A stretch of 32,000 nucleotides of DNA from Hydrogenibacillus schlegelii. GTDB lineage: Bacteria > Bacillota > Bacilli > Thermicanales > DSM-22653. The notes below the pieces were generated by a model. That model worked only from the letters and a program-made list of their open reading frames with translations, ran no database searches and had not been told where the DNA came from. The stretch covers positions 14,592 through 46,591 of the forward strand of contig NZ_JXBB01000006.1 in NCBI RefSeq assembly GCF_001653195.1, given 5' to 3'. Within the stretch, counting starts at the first letter, position 1, and each line of letters opens with the position of its first letter. The position numbers were made by a program, and so were the translations under genes. Shown piece by piece: positions 25,907 through 32,000 of the stretch.

Positions 25907-26087
25907 GGCCGGAGGCGACGGGCCGGGATGCACCGGCGTGAAACGCGGCGGCGGGAAGCGTTGGCGTGTAAGCAGGCGGCGGTCGGAAGCGCTTCGGTTC
26001 GCCGGCGTCCGGGGCCAAAGGCGGCGTCGCCGGTGCCCGACCGTTTTCGGTGAAGCGGTCACGGCGAGCAGGGAGGTTACGCGATCG

Positions 26088-26858
26088 ATGCTGGAGAAAC
26101 GATCGGCGCCCGAGACGCATGAGCCCGCAGCGCCCCTCATCTCCGTCCGGGGCGTGAGCAAATCCTTCGGGACAAACCGCGTGCTGAAGAAGATCGATCT
26201 CGACGTCTACCCGCAGGAAGTCGTCGTCATCATCGGTCCTTCGGGATCGGGGAAAAGCACGCTCCTTCGGTGCCTGAACCTCCTCGAGACGGTCGACGAG
26301 GGGGAGATCGTCGTCGACGGCGTCCGCCTCACCGACCCGAAGACGGACGTCGACGCCGTCCGGCGGGAGCTCGGGATGGTCTTTCAGCACTTTCACCTGT
26401 TCCCGCACATGACGGTGCTGGAAAACCTCATCCTCGCGCCGATGAAAGTCCGGCGGCGGCCGCGGGACGCCGCCGTCGCCGACGCCCGGGAACTGCTCCG
26501 GAAGGTCGGCCTCGCCGACAAGGAGGACGCCTATCCCGACGCCCTCTCCGGCGGGCAGCAGCAGCGGGTCGCGATCGCCCGGGCGCTCATGATGAAGCCG
26601 AAGGCGATGCTGTTCGACGAGCCGACGAGCGCCCTCGATCCGGAGATGGTCAAGGAAGTGCTGGACGTGATGAAGTCCCTGGCGCGGGAGGGGATGACGA
26701 TGGTCGTCGTCACCCACGAGATGGGCTTTGCCCGGGAGGTCGGCGACCGGGTCGTCTTCATGGACCAGGGGGAAATCGTCGAGGTCGGGACGCCGGAGGC
26801 GATCTTTTCTCGGCCGCAAAACCCGCGGACGCAGACGTTTTTGAGCAAGATCCTTTAA
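26088..26858 (+). CDS. amino-acid ABC transporter ATP-binding protein (GlnQ-like)
   Basis: Walker [10 protein letters not shown], signature [15 protein letters not shown], Walker [13 protein letters not shown]-loop [13 protein letters not shown] 26088 is downstream of GGGAGG. The longer 25938 start would add an Arg-rich junk extension. Confidence 0.9.
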   Translation: MLEKRSAPETHEPAAPLISVRGVSKSFGTNRVLKKIDLDVYPQEVVVIIGPSGSGKSTLLRCLNLLETVDEGEIVVDGVRLTDPKTDVDAVRRELGMVFQHFHLFPHMTVLENLILAPMKVRRRPRDAAVADARELLRKVGLADKEDAYPDALSGGQQQRVAIARALMMKPKAMLFDEPTSALDPEMVKEVLDVMKSLAREGMTMVVVTHEMGFAREVGDRVVFMDQGEIVEVGTPEAIFSRPQNPRTQTFLSKIL

Positions 26859-27009
26859 GCGGCGGACGTTGGCGCCCCGGTCTTCAACCGCTCCGGGCGT
26901 CGGGCTTTTCGACGGATCCGCAACCTCCCGTTTTGATCGCGCTGCGCTTCAGGAGCCGTTCGCTCGCAAGATGAGAAGCCGTCCGGTCCCCGGGCCGGGC
27001 GGTATTTTC

Positions 27010-27038
27010 TTGCAGAAAAAAGGAATTCATGGTAATAT
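27010..27038 (+). promoter_or_regulatory. sigma-A promoter with extended -10 upstream of the WYL regulator (and probably the cas genes)
   Basis: TTGCAG (27010-27015), 17-nt spacer, TGgTAATAT (TG 27030-27031, hexamer 27033-27038), in a locally A+T-rich patch. Confidence 0.55.
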
Positions 27039-27071
27039 CAAAGCGAGTATCGTCGAAAGAAAGGAAATCTC

Positions 27072-28118
27072 GTGGCGATGAGGACGCGACGGAGCCAGCG
27101 GTACCGGCTGCTTCGCCTGCTCATGCTGCTTCGGACGGGTCGCGCGCCGTCCGCCCGCCAGCTCGCCGATATGCTCGAGATCTCCCTTCGGACGGTCCGC
27201 CGGGACCTCGATGAACTGCGGGACGACTGGGGAGCCCCGATCGAGTTCGACCGCCGCCGGGGAGGTTACGTCCTCACGGACCCGAACTGGCAGCCGCCGA
27301 TCGGTCCCTTTACGGAGCTTCGCCTTTCGGCCGGGGAGGCGGTGGCGCTCCTTCTGGCCCACACGGCTTTTGAAGCGATGCGGGGAACCGGCCTCGAGGA
27401 CGCCTTTCGCTCTCTCGTCGCCAAGCTGCCGGCGTGGCTTCCGGAGTCGGTGAGCGTCAATCCGGAGGAGCTTCGCGCCATGTTTTCCTTTGCCTTTGAA
27501 CCTCTGCGGGGGGATGCGCGCGAGGTGGCCGAGCGGCTTCATGCGCTGCGCCAGGCGATCGACGGCCGGCGCCGCATCGTGCTCGAGTACGCCTCGGCCT
27601 CCCGCGGCGAGGTGACCCGTCGGGAGGTCGAGCCGTACCATCTCCGTTACTTCGACGGCGCCTGGTACGTCGTCGGCTTTTGTCGCCTAAGGCAGGATCT
27701 CCGGATCTTTGCCGTCGACCGGATTCGCGCCATCGAACCGACCGGGCGGACGTTCGCCCCGCCGGATCCGGAGCGGTTTTCCCCGGAAACGTACTTTGCG
27801 GCCACCTGGCGCCTCGAACGAGGCGAGAAGATGGTGCGGGTCGCCGTCCGCTTTACGCCGGAGCAGGCCCGCTACATGCGCGGTCGGAGGTGGCACCCGT
27901 CCCAGGAGGCCGTCGAAGAGCCCGACGGGTCGCTCGTTCTTCTCTTTCGCGTCCTCGGCCTCGAGGAGATCAAGCGATGGATCATGCAGTTCGGCGCCGC
28001 CGCCGAGGTGCTCGAACCGCCGGAACTTCGCGACAAAATCGTCGCCGAAGCCGAGAAAATAATTGCACGATCCAGAGTGTCACGTTCTGTCACCCTGGAT
28101 GGGGTAAAAAAGGGGTAA
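27072..28118 (+). CDS. HTH-WYL-WCX transcriptional regulator (PafBC/CRISPR-associated WYL class)
   Basis: N-terminal wHTH (YRLLRLLMLLRTGRAPSARQLADMLEISLRTVRRDLDEL). WYL domain (RREVEPYHLRYFDGAWYVVGFCRLRQDLRIFAVDRI). C-terminal extension ending EVLEPPELRDKI. GTG 27072 lies 6 nt after AAGGA. Confidence 0.85.
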   Translation: MAMRTRRSQRYRLLRLLMLLRTGRAPSARQLADMLEISLRTVRRDLDELRDDWGAPIEFDRRRGGYVLTDPNWQPPIGPFTELRLSAGEAVALLLAHTAFEAMRGTGLEDAFRSLVAKLPAWLPESVSVNPEELRAMFSFAFEPLRGDAREVAERLHALRQAIDGRRRIVLEYASASRGEVTRREVEPYHLRYFDGAWYVVGFCRLRQDLRIFAVDRIRAIEPTGRTFAPPDPERFSPETYFAATWRLERGEKMVRVAVRFTPEQARYMRGRRWHPSQEAVEEPDGSLVLLFRVLGLEEIKRWIMQFGAAAEVLEPPELRDKIVAEAEKIIARSRVSRSVTLDGVKKG

Positions 28119-28307
28119 GCTGGCCTCGGTGTTCCGGCCCTCGGGGGGAGGGTTCCGGATCGTCGGCCCGCGGACCGTCGATCGAGGCGGGCGAGGCGGT
28201 GGACATGTCGGACCGATCCTGGTCGCGCTTCGGCGTGGACCGGGCATCGAGCGGTTCGACGCCCGGAGGGTCCTGGGGGATTGGCCGCAAAAGGGGGAGA
28301 GCCTTCG

Positions 28308-29900
28308 ATGGCGAGGCGGCAGAAGGAGCCGTCCGTGCCGACGGCGACGTTTCATCTGTCAGCGCCGAGCGGGCATTTTTGGATCGATCTCGGGCTTGCG
28401 GTCCTCCATGCGGAGCTCGGCCCGGGGCCGCATCCCGTCGATGCGGTGCTGGCGTGGTTGACCGACCGGTACGTTCAGCCGACCGGCAATACGGGAGAGT
28501 ACTACGATCGTTCGACCGAAAGCCTTCGTTCGTATCCGAAGAAAAATTGGGTGTATCCGCTTAACTTTTTTATTAAAGTAACGCCGGATTCGGGGGAAAA
28601 GGTCAAGCGCCTGATCAACGGACAAGAGAAAGCCTACCCCACCCAGCCGCCGGTTTACCGGCTTGAGCTCAAATTCAGCGCCCGACCGGGGCGATGTACC
28701 GTCTGCGGGGCCGAGGCACCGACGACGCAGGCGGGGATGTGGGTCTTTCCGTTCGCCGTCGCTCCGAACAACTTCGGCAATTTTTATTCGATGACCAAGC
28801 AGGGGATCGACCTCTGTTCCCGCTGCGCCCTCGCCGGCGCCGCCGGATACCTCGGCTGGCTATGGCGGGCGGCGGGACGAGAATACATGCACTTTTTTAT
28901 CTTTCACGGCGAACTTTCGACGATGAAGGGGCTTTACGAAAACCACATCCGGCCTGCGCAGCTTAAGGCAACCAAAAGCGGCAACGCTTCGATGGCGTTT
29001 TATGGGCCGTATGTCCATGAGTCGACGCTCGGGCTTTTACTCGATCTGTTCGCGCGCCTCCGAGCAAGCGACGGATCGGCCGCGTCGGAAAACGGGGGAA
29101 ATCTAGGGGCGACTCAAGACGGGGGTCTGGCGATCTTGCGGCGCTTCTTTGACGTGGAAGCGACGGTGCCGGTGCCGCTTACGTTGTATGCCATCCATGG
29201 GACGTTCGGACAAGCGCTCGAAATCAAGTCGATCCGGACGTTTTCCCGGCTCGAAGCGCACTACGGCCGGTACGAGCGGTGGTTTGACCGTCTTTCGACG
29301 GTCGGTTTTTCGAGTCCGGGGAGGGTGATCGGCCAGATCTTCAGGCAGTTTGTCCGGGAGCGCCGTCAACCCGGTGGGGATCGGAGTCTGCGTCAGGAGA
29401 CGATCTGGCGGGATCGGGTGGCCCGGGCCGTCCTCACGGAAGAGGATCCTTTCCCGGCCATCGAGCAGTTTCTGTACGAGGAGCGGGCGCGGGATAAGGA
29501 TCGGCGGCCGCTTGTCGCCGGGACGCTCGTTCTTTTCGATCACTACGCCGAGGAGGTTTTACGGATGAACCCGTCATTTTTAAAGATGCTGTCCGGCTTT
29601 GGCTATTCGCTGGGGAAGAAGGCCTTTGAGGAAAAAGAGATGGGCGTTCTGTACATGATGCGAAATGCAAAAAACATCCAGGAGTTTTATCGCGTCCTTA
29701 ATGACATTCAGTTCCGCCTGAAGATGACGGTGCCCGAAGCGCTTCTCATGTTCGAAGCCGGCGATCGGATCGCCGGCGTGCCCTGGATTCGCCTCAAAAC
29801 GATGCTCGCCATCTACGCGATGAACGCCTATCTTCGGGCAGAAAATGGCGGCAAAGAAGAAGAGACAGAAGGAGAAGCGCTGGACCGCTCGGTTTCGTAA
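28308..29900 (+). CDS. cas8b: Cascade large subunit, Cas8b of the Cst1 (CXXC-CXXC) type
   Basis: 530 aa, immediately upstream of cas7-cas5-cas3. It carries the paired CXXC motifs (CTVCGAEAP ... DLCSRCALAG) that name the Cst1 family. Otherwise assigned by position and size. ATG 28308 lies 9 nt after AAAGGGGGA. Confidence 0.7.
   Translation: MARRQKEPSVPTATFHLSAPSGHFWIDLGLAVLHAELGPGPHPVDAVLAWLTDRYVQPTGNTGEYYDRSTESLRSYPKKNWVYPLNFFIKVTPDSGEKVKRLINGQEKAYPTQPPVYRLELKFSARPGRCTVCGAEAPTTQAGMWVFPFAVAPNNFGNFYSMTKQGIDLCSRCALAGAAGYLGWLWRAAGREYMHFFIFHGELSTMKGLYENHIRPAQLKATKSGNASMAFYGPYVHESTLGLLLDLFARLRASDGSAASENGGNLGATQDGGLAILRRFFDVEATVPVPLTLYAIHGTFGQALEIKSIRTFSRLEAHYGRYERWFDRLSTVGFSSPGRVIGQIFRQFVRERRQPGGDRSLRQETIWRDRVARAVLTEEDPFPAIEQFLYEERARDKDRRPLVAGTLVLFDHYAEEVLRMNPSFLKMLSGFGYSLGKKAFEEKEMGVLYMMRNAKNIQEFYRVLNDIQFRLKMTVPEALLMFEAGDRIAGVPWIRLKTMLAIYAMNAYLRAENGGKEEETEGEALDRSVS
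29565..29900 (+). CDS. candidate Cas11-like small subunit (111 aa) from an in-frame internal start within cas8b
   Basis: Perfect AGGAGG (29551-29556), 8-nt spacer, then ATG 29565 in the cas8b frame. The product MNPSFLKMLSGFGYSLGKKAFEEKEMGVLYMMRNAKNIQEFYRVLNDIQFRLKM... has a small-subunit-like size and looks helix-prone by eye. Confidence 0.4.
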   Translation: MNPSFLKMLSGFGYSLGKKAFEEKEMGVLYMMRNAKNIQEFYRVLNDIQFRLKMTVPEALLMFEAGDRIAGVPWIRLKTMLAIYAMNAYLRAENGGKEEETEGEALDRSVS

Positions 29901-29968
29901 AAGGATCCGAGATCGCCGATCCAGAATGCATTATAGAATCAATAATTCAAAGCAAGGAGGCGTCATTC

Positions 29969-30907
29969 ATGGTTAAAGCCATGGCCATCGGGTATCTGAG
30001 CAAAGTGTCCGCCGGCAATGTGAACGCGGCGCATACGGAAGGAAACGTCGTGGTCGCCAAAAAAGTGACGCTTCCGGATGGAAGCGCCTTGCCTTACATC
30101 TCGGGACAGGCGATCCGCCGCATGTTCCGCGATCGCCTGGCGGATTTGGGCTTTTCGCTGTCGGAGCCGTTCGCCAAGGTGGACGGGCAGGAAGTCACGC
30201 CGCCGGGACGGCCGTGGGAGTTCATCGACGAAGACCTTTTCGGTTATCTCGATGCCTCCGGGTCGAAGCGGCGCACTTCGCCGGTTCGCGTATCGGCGGC
30301 GATCGGTCTTTACCCCTATCAGGGCGATCGCGACCTCGGGACCCGCTCTTTTGAAAAGTTCAATCAGTCGATGGATGCGGGCGGCAATATGTTTGAGACC
30401 GAAGTGTACACCAACGTCTTTCGCGGTTCGGTCCTCATCGAGCTCGATCGCGTCGGCGTCTTTACCGCGCGAGAGCTCGGCGAAAAGTCAGAAGCAGGAT
30501 CGCGTACCCTCGATAGTGTAGAACGGGAAAAGCGGTTGCACGCGCTTTTGGATGCGCTCGGTCTTCTCTGGGGCGGCGGGCGATCGGCGCGGATGCTGGC
30601 GGATCTTTCGCCGAAGTTTGTCGCGCTCACGTTTCTCAGCGTCAAGCACCCGGTCTTTCTTGAGGCGCTTATGGCCCGATACGAAAACGGAGCGATCACC
30701 CTTGATCTTGATCCGCTGAAAGCGGCCCTCGACCGGTTTAAACCCTATCAGGTAAAAACGTTCTTCGGGATGGATGCTGGATTTTTGGCAAACGAAGAGG
30801 ATGTAAAGCGCGCTCTTGGGGCCTATGGGGAGGTTGGGGAGGTTCATGAAGCGATCCGCCGGGCCAAAGACGAGGTGACGGCGCTGTGGTGCGGGCCCTC
30901 CGCCTGA
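29969..30907 (+). CDS. cas7: Cascade backbone subunit Cas7 (Cst2/DevR/Csa2 family)
   Basis: 312 aa. KVSAGNVNAAHTEGN..., LPYISGQAIRRMFRDRL and DLFGYLDASGSKRRTSPVRVSAAIGL are typical of DevR/Cst2-type Cas7. SD AAGGAGG lies 8 nt upstream. Confidence 0.85.
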   Translation: MVKAMAIGYLSKVSAGNVNAAHTEGNVVVAKKVTLPDGSALPYISGQAIRRMFRDRLADLGFSLSEPFAKVDGQEVTPPGRPWEFIDEDLFGYLDASGSKRRTSPVRVSAAIGLYPYQGDRDLGTRSFEKFNQSMDAGGNMFETEVYTNVFRGSVLIELDRVGVFTARELGEKSEAGSRTLDSVEREKRLHALLDALGLLWGGGRSARMLADLSPKFVALTFLSVKHPVFLEALMARYENGAITLDLDPLKAALDRFKPYQVKTFFGMDAGFLANEEDVKRALGAYGEVGEVHEAIRRAKDEVTALWCGPSA

Positions 30908-31644
30908 CGCTCAGGGCGCCCTTCGCCTCGTTCCGAAGGCCGCTCGATATCAATTATCAACGGACGTTTCCTCTCCCTCCGCCGACGACGATTTTCGGCC
31001 TCATCGGGGCGGCCCTCGGGCTTTCAGAGCATGAGCTGTGGCGGCCGGACGGACCGGCTTCGAAGCTCAAGATCGCCGTCTGGAGCGAAACACAGCCGGG
31101 GCGCGGCGAAGATGTTTGGACGCTCCTTAAGATCAACAAGGGGAAAATGCAGCGTTCGCCCTATTTGCGGGAAATCCTCTTTGGCGTCCGGTATACGGTG
31201 CTCATCGGAGAAGCGGAAGCGGCTTTGCGAAAGGACGCTTCAGTCTCAGGTTCGGAGGAACCTTCGCACTCAGGGATTCTTCAGCAACTGGCCAAAGCGT
31301 TTGACGATCCGATCTACCCCCTTTCGCTCGGTCGGGAAGATGAGCTGGCGGAAGTGGAGGCGGTTGCTTTTGAGACGGTCGAAGCGGGGGAGCCCCGCTT
31401 TCACGGGACCGTGCTCCCCTTCGACGTGCGTAAATACCATCTGCGACCGATGCTCGCGGCGGGCGCCCGTCTGATGCCGCCGATCGTCGAGCCGGTTCCG
31501 CTTCGGTTTTCGGTCGATCCGCGCGGGGTCCGCAAGTCCGATCGCCTGAGGGTGATGAGCTTTCTCGCGTATGGGGTCATGGTTGAAATTCCGGAAGCCT
31601 CGGCGTGGCGCTGCTGCGGGAGGAATTTCGCATGGCTGAACTGA
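30886..31644 (+). CDS. cas5: Cas5 (Cas5t/Cas5h-like, type I-B)
   Basis: The N-terminus LRLTLRAPFASFRRPLDINYQRTFPLPPPTTIFGLIGAALGL is the canonical Cas5 signature. GTG follows GAGGTG and overlaps cas7 by 22 nt. Confidence 0.85.
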   Translation: MVRALRLTLRAPFASFRRPLDINYQRTFPLPPPTTIFGLIGAALGLSEHELWRPDGPASKLKIAVWSETQPGRGEDVWTLLKINKGKMQRSPYLREILFGVRYTVLIGEAEAALRKDASVSGSEEPSHSGILQQLAKAFDDPIYPLSLGREDELAEVEAVAFETVEAGEPRFHGTVLPFDVRKYHLRPMLAAGARLMPPIVEPVPLRFSVDPRGVRKSDRLRVMSFLAYGVMVEIPEASAWRCCGRNFAWLN

Positions 31645-32000
31645 GCCGGGCCGACAGGCCGGACGATCGGGAGGCTCCCCCGCCCTCCTTTGATCAAGGG
31701 GATAAACCGGCCGCTTTTTCGGCCGATCCCTGCGGCGGCCTTTTCGCCAAGCCGGACGTTACGCTTTTGGACCATCTCACGGCGGTCCTCGAACTCGGGG
31801 AACGGCTGGTAGAGCGGCATTTTGATCAATCACCGCTGCTTGCGCTTCGGGCCCTGATGGCGTGTGCTTTGCACGATATCGGCAAGGCGACGGTTGATTT
31901 TCAAGCAAAGATGTGCCGCCTTCGACAGGGCATCGCCGCCGGACGCGGCCAGACTTTTCCTCATGCGCTTGCCGCCTTGCCTTTTGTGCTGGCGGCCGAA
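31632..32000 (+). CDS. cas3: Cas3 N-terminal HD nuclease domain (partial; continues past the right edge)
   Basis: This ORF is not in the supplied track; I translated it by hand. ATG 31632 is open to 32000 (123 codons). ...AKPDVTLLDHLTAVLELGERL...ALMACALHDIGKATVDFQ...FPHALAALPF carries the H...HD(IGK)...H motifs of Cas3 HD domains. Overlaps the cas5 stop. Confidence 0.8.
   Translation, partial: MAELSRADRPDDREAPPPSFDQGDKPAAFSADPCGGLFAKPDVTLLDHLTAVLELGERLVERHFDQSPLLALRALMACALHDIGKATVDFQAKMCRLRQGIAAGRGQTFPHALAALPFVLAAE

Noticed and set aside
25938-26087. Longer start (25938) for the ABC ATPase, which would close the 181-nt gap after the permease gene
   Set aside because: The extension ([32 protein letters not shown]...) is not protein-like. 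GlnQ-type ATPases start ~10-20 residues before the beta-strand [11 protein letters not shown], which fits ATG 26088. The gap itself contains only a 10-bp palindrome (GAAGCGCTTC) and nothing I can interpret.
28281-28307. TTG 28281 as the cas8b start (track coordinates)
   Set aside because: ATG 28308 is preceded at 9 nt by AAAGGGGGA, and that SD lies inside the putative TTG-initiated extension. The ATG is the more parsimonious start.
29901-29968. Internal promoter in the A+T-rich cas8b-cas7 gap (TGcATTATA at 29927-29935, or TAGAAT at 29934-29939)
   Set aside because: There is no acceptable -35 element and the gap is only 68 nt, ending in a strong SD. The A+T richness may simply reflect the SD and spacer context. 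Not supportable without TSS data.

Overview
High-G+C Bacillota-type chromosomal segment. The assignment rests on a Bacillus-type (type B) RNase P RNA plus YqgQ, PlsY and UgtP-like genes. About 27 kb is core or housekeeping and the last ~5 kb looks like an accessory island. Left to right: (1) a translationally coupled sensory unit of BMP/Med-like lipoprotein, CHASE3-HAMP histidine kinase with a degenerate receiver-like tail, CheY-like regulator and YqgQ; (2) a convergent glutaredoxin/PDO-like oxidoreductase; (3) M42 peptidase, ung and an inositol-monophosphatase-family gene; (4) an 8-tRNA cluster followed directly by rnpB; (5) a UgtP/MGDG-synthase-like glycosyltransferase, plsY and a stand-alone HPt protein; (6) a PDZ-less HtrA-like protease divergent from a REC-Fis-HTH mini regulator; (7) a Cof-type HAD hydrolase; (8) a ThyX-fold protein with its catalytic motif erased, coupled to a heterodimeric ABC exporter pair; (9) a 2-hydroxyacid dehydrogenase and aconitase; (10) a polar amino-acid ABC importer; (11) from ~27.0 kb, visibly more A+T-rich DNA carrying a WYL regulator followed by cas8b(Cst1-like)-cas7(Cst2/DevR-like)-cas5-cas3 (cas3 truncated by the window edge). 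No CRISPR array and no cas6, cas1, cas2 or cas4 lie inside the window. The items I consider most worth follow-up are the WYL-headed Cascade module with a probable internally translated Cas11, the pseudo-ThyX/ABC-exporter operon, and an identical 17-nt promoter block duplicated on both sides of the tRNA-rnpB cluster. All calls come from reading the sequence and from remembered family motifs. No searches were run.
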